Shown here piece by piece: positions 10,221-19,639 of a DNA stretch of 64,000 bases. The position numbers and the translations under genes were made by a program. Numbering within the stretch: position 1 is the first letter of the stretch; every line of letters begins with the position of its first letter. The DNA is from Clostridia bacterium (GTDB lineage: Bacteria > Bacillota > Clostridia > Christensenellales > QALW01). A model generated the notes under the pieces. The model ran no database searches, was not told the DNA's origin, and worked only from the letters and a program-made list of their open reading frames with translations. The stretch lies in NCBI GenBank assembly GCA_045630945.1, contig JAZQTV010000113.1:8700-72699 (forward strand), given 5' to 3'.

Positions 10221-10811
10221 TCAAACTTCCCGTATCATTTTAAGCGCAGTATCAAGGGATAAATTAAATGAAGCATCGTCTTTAGTATCAAAAACCATAA
10301 ATTTATCCACTGCGTTTTCGGCTTTTAATTGGTAGGGAGGCTCGTAATTTATTTTTTTAACGTAGTCTTCCCAATTTAAAAGCTTTAACGTGTCACGGTC
10401 GGAATTCCGATTCTTCATTCTTTGAAAGCACACTTCAATTGGTGCGGTAACCCATATAAGTAAAAGTTCAGCACCCATTCGATTTGCTTTTTCTTTAACG
10501 TCTTTTATAAATTCGGTGTTACGTATTTCCTTGCCCAGCGGTGCGTTTAAAAGAACGGAGCTTTCATACCGCAGGGTAGAAAAGGCAATATGAAAAAGAG
10601 TGGAATATTCTGCAGGACGAATATTTTTGATATAAAAATCCCCGTCCATATCAAGCGGCTTATCCGAAACCTTAAATGCGGCACGGACAAGGTCGGTAAG
10701 GTCATCCTTGTCAAGATAAACAATATTTCCAAGTGTTTTAGAAATCAATTCCGAAACGTAGGTTTTTCCACAGGCAGGCGGTGCCGCCACAAGAATAAGC
10801 TTTTTGTTCAT
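10221..10811 (-). CDS. P-loop kinase-like ATP-binding protein (AAA_33/zeta-toxin-like)
   Basis: Walker A AAPPACGKTY, a DKDD segment and an arginine-rich lid RMKNRNSDRD. TGA stop. Confidence 0.65.
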   Translation of the reverse strand: MNKKLILVAAPPACGKTYVSELISKTLGNIVYLDKDDLTDLVRAAFKVSDKPLDMDGDFYIKNIRPAEYSTLFHIAFSTLRYESSVLLNAPLGKEIRNTEFIKDVKEKANRMGAELLLIWVTAPIEVCFQRMKNRNSDRDTLKLLNWEDYVKKINYEPPYQLKAENAVDKFMVFDTKDDASFNLSLDTALKMIREV

Positions 10812-10848
10812 TTTACGTACCTTTCTTTATAGCTCAATTTAGCGTAAG

Positions 10849-11814
10849 TTATCTTTCTTCAATTATCTTCTTTAACGAATAATCAAATTTAAGCACGTTT
10901 TTCTGCCTGCCGTGCACGTCGGTATTTGCACCGATACGAATAAGCGTAAGAGTATTGGTTCCGGTATCTACCGACATAACGTTAAAGCAGTCCTCCGAAC
11001 GCTCACCGATAACGCGCCTTGTATCGCCTAAGGCATCCCACGTGGTAGCGTTTTGTATAGCAATATTTAAGATGCCCTCACTTGTAAGCCCGAACTGATC
11101 AACGTGATCGTGTCCTGCAAGATTACATACGTACCTGCCGCCGTAAGAAATAAATTCCTTAATTACGTCCTAGTATAAAACTCTGCCGCGATGGTCAAAA
11201 TCGTAGTTAATTCGGTTTAATTCGTACTGCTTCCATTTTGAAACGTAATCTTCAACGGTTGAAAAAAGTGAACCGTATGTGTTTGAAATGTATCCCGTAG
11301 GCTCGTGCTGTGCGGTGATAACGTGCATATTTAAGGAATAGGCTTCCTTTAAAACCGAGCGCAGCCACGGGCGTGCAGGCCAGATATCATAATAATCGTC
11401 AAGCACGATAATGCGCAGGTCGTTGCAGTCTATATAATAGCACATGGAATAGGGACATTCAAAGAACGTAACGTTCCAGTCTTCTGTGTGATTAAAAAGA
11501 AGACTGTGCGCAACCTTTTTATCATTTAACAGCCACGCGCCCTCACCCGAATAACAGTCGTGATTGCCTACGCAGTTGTAAATGGGGCGTGAGCATTTTT
11601 TTAGGTACATATCAGCATAAACCTTTTGCGAGCCACCGCAGTAATCACCCGTGTGTAAGCCGAAGGAAATTACGTTTTTGTAGTGATCAATATATTCGGT
11701 AATTCTGTTCCATAATTCCGGCTTTGCGTGTACGTCCGAAAAATGAACAAAGCTGATGCCTGTTAATGCTAAAACGTCTCTTTCTGTGTCGCGGTTTAAC
11801 TCAATTACGTTCAT
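10849..11814 (-). pseudogene. metallophosphoesterase interrupted by one in-frame TAG (pseudogene or amber read-through)
   Basis: The listed 214-aa ORF ends at TAG (11170-11172). The same frame continues for 106 more codons to TAA (10849-10851): DVIKEFISYGGRYVCNLAGHDHVDQ... Motifs DVH, GDY, GNHD and an H lie before the TAG; the final GHDH motif lies after it. The downstream piece has no start codon or RBS. Confidence 0.75.
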
Positions 11815-11839
11815 TTTATATCTCCTGTGCGGTTAATTG

Positions 11840-13954
11840 TCACGTTGCTAAAGTAATTTTAATTTGAGGCGGATACGTTAAAATGGGTGCGGTGCCCTCA
11901 CTTTGCTTATATGTGATTTTGCCATATGGGGTTAAAAGCTCAATATTAACGTAGCTTAAGCCTAATAAATCGGGTGAAAGACGGATTTTCTTCATTTTTG
12001 GCTCAATAATTTCAATGCCTAATACTGCCTTGGGTAATGAATATAAGGGGGTACCGCCCCAAGCGTGACTGTGGTCAAATGAATAAGTTGGCTCGGGGGC
12101 AATAAAGCCTTCTACCAAACCTTTGGGAAATATTCTTACAGGCTCTTTCCATTTATCTAATATTTTCAAGGTATACTCTTTCCTTAAGCCTAAACGGTAT
12201 ACGGCCTCTAACAAATAATGCAAGAAGTACGGCTGACAGTCACCCTCAATATTGTCTGCCATGATTTTATGAATAAGTGACCTTCCGGTACTTTCGTCGC
12301 ATACGCCGAAATATGCCGCAAGAATGTTTGAATGCTTAAGATAGTAACGCTTTTCTACGTTTTGCGGCAACCATATTCCCTTTGCATCTTCAGGGGTATT
12401 AAGTCCCTCAAAATAGCAATCTTTTTCTTTGTTATAGAGCAGGCTGTTGATTGCGTTGCGCAAGCATTCCCTTTTTTTGTGACATTTTTGTGCTGAATCG
12501 TTTTCACCTAAAATGCCGTATATTTTTTTTGCATTATCCAATGCACCGAAATAAAACATATTCAAGCAGCTTTGACCAAGCGCCTTGGGAGGATGGTGCA
12601 TGGAAAGACCGTCAATATAAATCCAGTCTATAAACATATAGTCGGGTGGGTTATCTATAATGCCGTTTTCGCCCATATATTCTTCAAAACGCATTAAAAG
12701 AAGATCTAACGCCTTTTTTGATTGGTTTAAAAGCGCAAGATTGCCTGTAAGCATATATGTTTCATAAAGCATTTTTACCCATATAAGACTATACGTGGTA
12801 TGAAACATTCTTCCGTTTTCTCTTTCAAGCAAAACTGCAGTACGCAGGATATCAAATTCGGCAAGCCGCATATCACCGAATGAAAATGGTGTCATCAGGC
12901 TTTCGATGTAATAATCACCCGTGCATGCAAGGGGCTCACAATGACGGGTACTGTCAAGATGATGCGTCTGTCTGCAAATTTTAAGGGTGTGCTTACAAAC
13001 CTCAAGCACGCTGTTAAGGGCGTTATCACTTGTTACCGTGGTTGCTTCCTCGTAAACGGGGTAGTGGGTTTTAATAAATGAAACCTTAATACAGGCTTTA
13101 GCTTGCGACGTGTTTTTTGCGGTCAGCTTAATGTTTCCGGTGCTATGAATGCTGAAACCGCGATAGCTTTGCGGTGAATTGAAAATAAGCACCTCAGGCT
13201 CGGGCGAATCATCAGCCTCTCTGCAATAAGCAGCAACCTCTACCGTGGCAGAGTTTTTTGATTCTACCTTTAAAAATCCGCCCCATATTTTATCAAGCTC
13301 AAGAACCACCGTTTTTTCTTCAAGGGGAAGCAAAAAAATCTCTCCTTCATCAAAAAACAGCTCTTCCTCAAAGCGTGGGGGAATAGGGGCAACCGAAGCG
13401 TTCCAGATATCGTCAACAGTTTGGGCGTTAACGTATTCGTCAGGTAAAATTCTGCCGTCAAATGCCATTGGGGCATTAAATGCACCGTTTTTGCGGACAA
13501 GCCAATTTTCGTCGGTTTTTATATTTTCTATGGTTCCATCTTCAAAGGTAAGAACGGCGGAAAGCATAAAGCCGCCGTGCCCCATAGAATATTCGCAAAT
13601 ATGGTAAGGTAAAATATTGACGCGCGCAAAAAAATCAAGGGTTGATGATTGGGGGAAAACCGTCATTTCAAAGGCATAAAAATTATTGCGTTTAGTTTCG
13701 TTACCGATAAAATCGCCGCCAACACAGGCAGGACCGGTTGCAATGGCGTTGCCGTTTAAAAATAATTGAAATACCGCATCACCGCTAAAGCGAAGCTGTG
13801 CCTGAACAACCTTTTTTGAGAAAACGTATTCTTTTTTGAATTCGGCAACGGTGTGGTTAATTTCGCTTTTATCCGAAAAAGCACTAAAAACGGTTGCTTG
13901 ATCGTTTGGGTAGATATCTTCAGGAAGCCATATCCAACTATCCTTGCACTGCAT
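11840..13954 (-). CDS. glycoside hydrolase, alpha-L-rhamnosidase (GH78)-like
   Basis: 704-aa ORF with TGA stop. N-terminal SWIWLPE...LRFSGDAVFQLFLNGN and a helical C-terminal half resemble GH78-type proteins (by eye). Confidence 0.5.
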   Translation of the reverse strand: MQCKDSWIWLPEDIYPNDQATVFSAFSDKSEINHTVAEFKKEYVFSKKVVQAQLRFSGDAVFQLFLNGNAIATGPACVGGDFIGNETKRNNFYAFEMTVFPQSSTLDFFARVNILPYHICEYSMGHGGFMLSAVLTFEDGTIENIKTDENWLVRKNGAFNAPMAFDGRILPDEYVNAQTVDDIWNASVAPIPPRFEEELFFDEGEIFLLPLEEKTVVLELDKIWGGFLKVESKNSATVEVAAYCREADDSPEPEVLIFNSPQSYRGFSIHSTGNIKLTAKNTSQAKACIKVSFIKTHYPVYEEATTVTSDNALNSVLEVCKHTLKICRQTHHLDSTRHCEPLACTGDYYIESLMTPFSFGDMRLAEFDILRTAVLLERENGRMFHTTYSLIWVKMLYETYMLTGNLALLNQSKKALDLLLMRFEEYMGENGIIDNPPDYMFIDWIYIDGLSMHHPPKALGQSCLNMFYFGALDNAKKIYGILGENDSAQKCHKKRECLRNAINSLLYNKEKDCYFEGLNTPEDAKGIWLPQNVEKRYYLKHSNILAAYFGVCDESTGRSLIHKIMADNIEGDCQPYFLHYLLEAVYRLGLRKEYTLKILDKWKEPVRIFPKGLVEGFIAPEPTYSFDHSHAWGGTPLYSLPKAVLGIEIIEPKMKKIRLSPDLLGLSYVNIELLTPYGKITYKQSEGTAPILTYPPQIKITLAT

Positions 13955-14032
13955 ATGCCTACTCCTTTTTTAGTTGATAAAATGATACTATAATTATAAT
14001 TCATTATCAAAATATAATCAATAATCAAAATT

Positions 14033-14066
14033 AAAAAACGGCACGGAATTTAAGTTCCGTGCCGTT
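14033..14066 (-). terminator. rho-independent terminator
   Basis: Stem aacggcacggaa / ttccgtgccgtt followed on the minus strand by a T-run. Confidence 0.65.
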
Positions 14067-14070
14067 AATA

Positions 14071-15021
14071 TTATTTAAGTGTTTCGGGACAAACTTTCTT
14101 TCTTGCGTACCAAAGTCTTTCAACCGAATCCATTAAAAGATGTTCGTTTTCCTTTGTAACACGTTTCCAAGGTGCCATACAATAGCCTAAAAGCTGCTTA
14201 TCAGCAATAACTGTGGGGCAATAGATAAGTGTTTCACGGGGGTTTGCAGGTGAACTGCAGGTTGAACAGGTGGGTATCTGGTCAAAGCCTGCTTTATCGA
14301 AATCCTCAAAGCATTTAATAACGCGGCTTAACCAGCTTGTTGAGGGGTATTCCATAAAGCGACCGTAGAACCAGTTTGAAAGAATAACGTCCTTAGGCAT
14401 ATTTTCCATAAATACGTCGGGATGATTCCAATAGTAATCTGCCCAAACCCAAGGCCTTGCACCGTTTTTACGAACTGCGTCAAACATAATGTTAAAGTCC
14501 TCAAACATAAGCTTGGGTGAACGCATAATAGCAATTTCGCGCCACTGAATGCAGTCGAATGAATGCTCCTCATCCATACCTAAGTGGAAAATTTCGGGCT
14601 TGCCAAATATATCGCATACCTCGTTAATAAGGTCAACGCATACCTCGCGGTAGATATCGGAAGATACCATTCTTCTATACTGCTTAAGCCAGCAATGGTG
14701 GTCGGTTGAAAAATTAAGCTTGGGTATAAAATCAAAGCCTAAAGCACGTGCTCTGTCAAGTAATTCCTTAACCTCTTCAACCTCTAAAGCGTCATCAGCG
14801 GCAATTTCGGGGTGGGATTTGTACTTAATAGCATCACCAACGTCTATTAAAAGAGTGGTGTAACCACATTCTGCGGCTCTTTTAAGAAGATTATCCCAAA
14901 CCTCATAATCTACGTTGTTGCTGGGGGAGAAGGGTTCCTCGTACCAATAACGCTGTTTGCCGTTACCGTCTTCCCACATATGATTGCTTAACTGTATAAA
15001 ATAGATCCATTTTTTGTTCAT
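14071..15021 (-). CDS. TIM-barrel glycoside-hydrolase-like protein (GH20-like D-E motif)
   Basis: ATG at 15021 lies 8 nt after AAGGAG and is preferred over the listed GTG at 15030. FHLGMDEE resembles the GH20 catalytic pair. TAA stop. Confidence 0.5.
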   Translation of the reverse strand: MNKKWIYFIQLSNHMWEDGNGKQRYWYEEPFSPSNNVDYEVWDNLLKRAAECGYTTLLIDVGDAIKYKSHPEIAADDALEVEEVKELLDRARALGFDFIPKLNFSTDHHCWLKQYRRMVSSDIYREVCVDLINEVCDIFGKPEIFHLGMDEEHSFDCIQWREIAIMRSPKLMFEDFNIMFDAVRKNGARPWVWADYYWNHPDVFMENMPKDVILSNWFYGRFMEYPSTSWLSRVIKCFEDFDKAGFDQIPTCSTCSSPANPRETLIYCPTVIADKQLLGYCMAPWKRVTKENEHLLMDSVERLWYARKKVCPETLK

Positions 15022-15157
15022 TAAAATCACTCCTTTTCTAAGGTATTATATCAAACTGAAAACTAAAAGTAAATAAACGATTGCTTGAAAATATGCAAAT
15101 TTTTAAATTAACAGTTGAAAAAAAGCAGATAAAATGCTTTATCTGCCTTGTTTTTGT

Positions 15158-16708
15158 TTAATTTTCTTCAACCATCTTGGAAAGGCGCATCATATACATT
15201 GCCGTACCAACGTGACAGTTTATCCAGAAGTTTTCAAGATTTTCTGCACAGTCCTTCTTCATCCAATGGGTAGGAATAACGCCTGTTTCCTTGTTTTGCA
15301 TTCTTGTTATCATATCGCCTAACGCCTGCGCCTTTTCAAGAAGCAACGGCTCCTTTGTTACTGAATATACGTCAAGAAGCGTGTTCATTATTTTTGCGGT
15401 GCTTCCGTCAATGGGTACGTACCAGAAATACTGTTCAACACCTGCAGGCGAATACCAGAAATCCTTTTCGGGATTGTAGTGGGTGTTCCACGGTGAAAAT
15501 TTACCCCATACCACAAACTGATCTTCAACAAAGCGCATAAGCTCCTTTGCATCCTCTATTGCCTGCGCATCGTCGGAAAGATTTTGCGTAATATAGTTAA
15601 TAAGGCTGTCGGCATCAATGTGGGAAAGGTTTGCATAACTGCCCGAAAGTAAAATATCTTCAAACTGACCTTCCCAGTTATAGCATTCAAAACGCTTTGA
15701 ACGAAGGTTTTCGAAGTAGTTTTTCTCAAGAGTCTGCCAAATCTCATCCCCTGTTTTTTTATAGACCTGATGCATAAATTCAAGTATCTGGAATGAAGCA
15801 CAAACGTTGTCTGATTCAGGCTTGCCGTCGGTGACGGAAACAAGCAAATACCAGCTTCCGTTCTCAAGTACGTGGTTTTTATAGTATTCTGCGATACGCA
15901 TAGCCGCATCAAAATACTTTTTTTCGCCTGTTGCATCGCTTAAAGCAAAGTATGCAAGACCTGCCGATGCAGGATAAATAAGCATCAGCTTATCGGTACG
16001 GTTCTTTGCCATAGGCGCAGTTTTATCAACAGTATCAAAATCAAGACCCTCAAATGAATATGTGGGCGGAAGATAGGGCACAGGGGTATCCCCAGCGTAG
16101 CTTATGGAAAGAAGATAGTCTGCCGCATTCTGTGCAAGCTTTAATGCATCTTTACTGTTTTTGCTGTCAAGCTCGGCATAGCAAATCATTGCTTTTATAA
16201 TACTGCTTATGGTTTTTGAGGGATATACGTTGTGGGGGTACATTGGATCAGGCTTTGAGTGAAGAAGCCAATATTGGTTAAAATCCTCGCTGAACGCATA
16301 TTTTAAAGCCTTTGTGGCACATTCCTTGTATGAACAAGCCTTCTTGGGCAGGTTATCTCTTCCGGGGAAGCCGTCTGCCTTAAAGAACGTGCGCGCACCT
16401 GTAAGGAATTCAGGCTCACCGTTTTTATTTAAGGATTCTACCTTTAACGTAACCATACCCGTGGGAATATCCTTCCATATGGGTGCAAGGCTTTCGGTGG
16501 GCTTTTGGGCAACGAACGTGTGCACGTTATTGTTTGCGTCGGTAGCGGTAAAAAGATAACCGTTCGCCTTGGGTATAATGGGGAATGAAAAGCACGGCGT
16601 GAATATGAATTGTGTGGAATTAACGTTCCAGAATCCTCTGCCTGCCACTCCGCCGGGACGGATAGTAATATTATTATACTCGTTAAATGCCTGTTCTTTG
16701 TAATTCAT
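15158..16708 (-). CDS. hypothetical protein, putative alpha/alpha-toroid glycan-active enzyme
   Basis: 516-aa ORF with TAA stop. No motif I can name; function guessed from context only. Confidence 0.5.
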   Translation of the reverse strand: MNYKEQAFNEYNNITIRPGGVAGRGFWNVNSTQFIFTPCFSFPIIPKANGYLFTATDANNNVHTFVAQKPTESLAPIWKDIPTGMVTLKVESLNKNGEPEFLTGARTFFKADGFPGRDNLPKKACSYKECATKALKYAFSEDFNQYWLLHSKPDPMYPHNVYPSKTISSIIKAMICYAELDSKNSKDALKLAQNAADYLLSISYAGDTPVPYLPPTYSFEGLDFDTVDKTAPMAKNRTDKLMLIYPASAGLAYFALSDATGEKKYFDAAMRIAEYYKNHVLENGSWYLLVSVTDGKPESDNVCASFQILEFMHQVYKKTGDEIWQTLEKNYFENLRSKRFECYNWEGQFEDILLSGSYANLSHIDADSLINYITQNLSDDAQAIEDAKELMRFVEDQFVVWGKFSPWNTHYNPEKDFWYSPAGVEQYFWYVPIDGSTAKIMNTLLDVYSVTKEPLLLEKAQALGDMITRMQNKETGVIPTHWMKKDCAENLENFWINCHVGTAMYMMRLSKMVEEN

Positions 16709-16854
16709 AATATACTCCTTTATTAGTCATATACATATTTTACATTCAAAAACCGTATAAGAAAATAGAAAAAAGCAATGAATGTATGTAATTTTTCTAT
16801 TTTTTTATAAAAACAAGGAAAAATCAGCCCCTTTTAAAGAGCTGATTTTAAATA

Positions 16855-17106
16855 TTATAGCGTTACGGTAATAAGGTTATCTGACGAAGAAGAAACGTCT
16901 ATGATCTTTTTAACGGTTTTGCCGTTTGCGCTTATTTCAAGCTCGTACATTCCAAAGAAAACACGGAAAGCGCACGCGCCGTTATTATCGGTAACGGTAA
17001 TTGCCGCGTCACCCTTTCGGTATTTTTCGATACCCTCGTTAATTCTTTTGTCAAGCAGTTCCTTTTGCTCCTCAAAAAGCTCAAGAACCTTTTTTCTGTC
17101 ACTCAT
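16855..17106 (-). CDS. small hypothetical protein (83 aa)
   Basis: ATG at 17106 preceded by TAAGGAG (MSDRKKVLELFEEQ...). TAA stop, with a hairpin terminator downstream. Confidence 0.5.
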   Translation of the reverse strand: MSDRKKVLELFEEQKELLDKRINEGIEKYRKGDAAITVTDNNGACAFRVFFGMYELEISANGKTVKKIIDVSSSSDNLITVTL

Positions 17107-17160
17107 TTTTATCTCCTTACAGTAGCTGTTGCGTTTGTTAGGGTAAAGCATAAGCTTGAT

Positions 17161-18089
17161 TTAATCAAGATATTTCTTTAAAAAGTTAAGGTGGTTTTCA
17201 CCTGCAATTTTTTTAATTAACGTACTTGAATAGTTGCGTTTTTGCATTATTTCAAGCAAGCAATCGTGCATTGAACAGGATTCGCTTAATGGGGCGGGGT
17301 AGATACCGTCGCACCCGTCGATATCACAACCGAAGCCGATATTGTTTTCACCGCCAAGCTCAAGGCAGTGGTCAAGATGCCTGAAAAGATTTTCAGCGGT
17401 GCGCATATTTGGGATATCGTCAATAAATTCCGTGTACAGATTAAGCCCTATCATTCCGTCCTGCTTAATAATTTCCTTTGCCATTTCGTCGGTCAAATTG
17501 CGTGAATGACTGCAAAGGGAGCGAAAGTTAGAATGCGTTGCCATAATAGGCTTCTTTGATAATTCAAGCACTTGATAAAAGCTTCTGTCAGAAAGATGCG
17601 AAACGTCTAAAATCATTCCAAGACGGTTGCATTCCTTAACCGCTTCTATGCCCAATGGGGTAAGCCCCGTATCGTTGCCGAATTGGTCTAAACGGTTGCT
17701 TGTAGCAAGCTCGTTAGTAAGCCATGCAAGCCCGAATACGCGCACACCTCGGTTAAAAAAATACTCAAGATTTTTTATATCACCGTTTATTCCGCTACCA
17801 CCCTCCATTGTAAGCATAACTGCGTGCTTACCTTCGTTAAAGGCGGCTTCGATATCATTATAGCAGGTCACCTGCCTGATGTTTTCGTTTAAAAGACAGG
17901 CATTGAATTTTTCAAAATATCTGATCGTCCGCTGATAGCCTTTTTCAAGCTCAGCACCCGTCCACGGCGCAAAAAAGCCACAAACTGCAGCTGTTTGTGC
18001 TTCTTACTGAAATTATACGGGTTTACAAGGGGCAAAACACCCTCGTCAACACGCTGAATACTATCACAATGAGAATCAACAATAAACAT
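17161..18089 (-). pseudogene. membrane dipeptidase (peptidase M19) with a frameshift in a homopolymer run
   Basis: The N-terminal ORF (MFIVDSHCDS...LQFVAF) and the C-terminal ORF (DVSH, ATHSN, GFGCDIDG motifs) are in different frames. Adding one base to the A6 run at 17971-17976 (T6 on the coding strand) gives a continuous ...LQFVAFFAPWTGAELEKGYQRTIRYFEKFNACLLNENIRQVTCYND.... Confidence 0.8.
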
Positions 18090-18123
18090 AACGTAACCCT
18101 TTCGTTACTTGATATCACGGTAT

Positions 18124-18152
18124 ATTATCGCAAATAGGATAGCCTTTGTCAA
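18124..18152 (-). promoter_or_regulatory. promoter of the dipeptidase gene
   Basis: Minus strand reads TTGACA (18147-18152), 17-nt spacer, GATAAT (18124-18129) with an upstream TG (TGCGATAAT). Confidence 0.6.
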
Positions 18153-18153
18153 T

Positions 18154-18181
18154 AAAAAAAGCAGTTCGCAATGAACTGCTT
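18154..18181 (-). terminator. rho-independent terminator downstream of the YeiH-family gene
   Basis: Stem aagcagttc / gaactgctt followed on the minus strand by T7. Confidence 0.65.
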
Positions 18182-18357
18182 TCTTTATAATAATGCTTAT
18201 TTTAATATTGATATTGCTAGGAACGTCAACACCTCTGGTACGTGCCCGGATATCTGCCTTTGCGTTGTTACCGTCAATAGTGATGTTTGCAATAGTTACA
18301 TTGCTTACGAAAAAAGTCGGTAAATAATTTGTGTGGAAGGATGCCGCCATTAAAAGC

Positions 18358-19383
18358 TTATGCTAAACCCATGCACCAGATGACAACTAATGCGGTTAAA
18401 GTTACCAAGGTGTCTATGGTGATTCCGTAAAACATAGGCTTAAGACCTGCTTTTTTGAAATCAGCAATGCTTGTGCTTAAACCGATAGCGGCTAATGCGG
18501 CAACCATTAAGAACTTGCTTGTTCCTTTAAGAACGCTTGAAGCAACGGCAGGAATAAAGCCTATACTGTTGGCAATAGCCAATAACAAGAAGCCGCAGAT
18601 AAACCAAGGAATAATTTTTACGATGTTTACTTTTTTGCCATTGCTTGCCGCCTGCATTTCCTTTTGCTTAATGCGTGTGCTGATAAATGCAAAAACAAGA
18701 ACGGTGGGGATAATGGCAATTGTTCGGGTAAGCTTTACCATGGTCGCAAAATCACCTGCCGCCTCGGAAAAAGCGTATCCCGAAGCAACAACGCTTGCAG
18801 TATCATTGACTGAGGTTCCTGCCCAAATGCCGAAAGCAATATCGTTTAAGCCTAAAAGCCTGCCCATAATGGGGTATATGGCAATCATCACCATATCAAA
18901 CAGGAAGGTGGAAGACATTGCGAAAGCAACGTCCTTATCGTCGGCGTCAATTACGGGGGCGATAGCCGCAACGGCAGAACCGCCGCAAATGCCCGTTCCG
19001 GCAGAAATAAGGTTTGACAGCTTCCAGTTAAGCCCGAATGCTTTGCGAATAAAATAACCGCCGCCAAAGCACATTAAAAAGGTAAATATCATAACAAAAA
19101 ACGTCATTTTGCCAACGGACATAATGGTGTTTATTGATAAGGATGCACCCAATAAAATTATTGCAACCTTAAGTATTCTTTTTGACGTGAATTTAAGTGC
19201 AGGCTGTATCCACTTTGGATGAAAAAAACTATTGATTATGGTGCCCATAAAAAGCGCGATAATGGAAGCACCGATTATTCCGCCGGGAATAAGCGTTTCT
19301 AAAAGAATAGCCACCCCTGCAACTATAAAGCATATTGCAATGCCCAATAAAAACATAATACGATTTTTTGTCTTTGTTCCCAT
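18358..19383 (-). CDS. YeiH/UPF0324-family putative sulfate-exporter-type membrane protein
   Basis: 341-aa polytopic protein, glycine-rich with about 10 hydrophobic segments. AGGAGA RBS and TAA stop. Confidence 0.65.
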   Translation of the reverse strand: MGTKTKNRIMFLLGIAICFIVAGVAILLETLIPGGIIGASIIALFMGTIINSFFHPKWIQPALKFTSKRILKVAIILLGASLSINTIMSVGKMTFFVMIFTFLMCFGGGYFIRKAFGLNWKLSNLISAGTGICGGSAVAAIAPVIDADDKDVAFAMSSTFLFDMVMIAIYPIMGRLLGLNDIAFGIWAGTSVNDTASVVASGYAFSEAAGDFATMVKLTRTIAIIPTVLVFAFISTRIKQKEMQAASNGKKVNIVKIIPWFICGFLLLAIANSIGFIPAVASSVLKGTSKFLMVAALAAIGLSTSIADFKKAGLKPMFYGITIDTLVTLTALVVIWCMGLA

Positions 19384-19418
19384 AAGTGTTCTCCTAAAAA
19401 TTATGTTTTGTCCGATAT

Positions 19419-19447
19419 ATTATCGCAAAAAACGTGGCTTTTGTCAA
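19419..19447 (-). promoter_or_regulatory. promoter of the YeiH-family gene
   Basis: Minus strand reads TTGACA (19442-19447), 17-nt spacer, GATAAT (19419-19424) with TG. Its core is nearly identical to the promoter at 18124-18152. Confidence 0.6.
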
Positions 19448-19476
19448 CCACAAGAGGATTGAATTTTAGGTGTAAG

Positions 19477-19506
19477 GAAAAAATAAAGGGCATCTTCTGA
19501 TGCCCT
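19477..19506 (-). terminator. rho-independent terminator
   Basis: Stem agggcatc / gatgccct with loop ttct, followed on the minus strand by tttatttttt. Confidence 0.7.
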
Positions 19507-19514
19507 AATATTTA

Positions 19515-19625
19515 TTAGTTAATAGGATCTTCAGGGAAGGTGATTGCACCGTCTCCTGTGCTTTCGGTAAATACGTCGGCGGAAACGGAAGTTATTTCTA
19601 TCTGAGGTGCTTCGTATTTTTTCAT
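19515..19625 (-). CDS. unlisted small ORF (36 aa) immediately downstream of the large esterase gene
   Basis: AAGGAGG (19634-19640) lies 8 nt upstream of the ATG at 19625. Product MKKYEAPQIEITSVSADVFTESTGDGAITFPEDPIN. TAA at 19515-19517, with a terminator directly after. Confidence 0.45.
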   Translation of the reverse strand: MKKYEAPQIEITSVSADVFTESTGDGAITFPEDPIN

Positions 19626-19639
19626 AAACATGGCCTCCT

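Noticed and set aside
18105-18350. 81-aa ORF after the YeiH-family gene. Its first ~50 residues (NVTIANITIDGNNAKADIRARTRGVDV) resemble a right-handed beta-helix repeat.
   Set aside because: The reading frame runs through the YeiH-gene terminator hairpin and the dipeptidase promoter, so it is unlikely to be a functional CDS. At most it is a remnant of a beta-helix (pectate-lyase-fold) gene, and I cannot substantiate that without a search.
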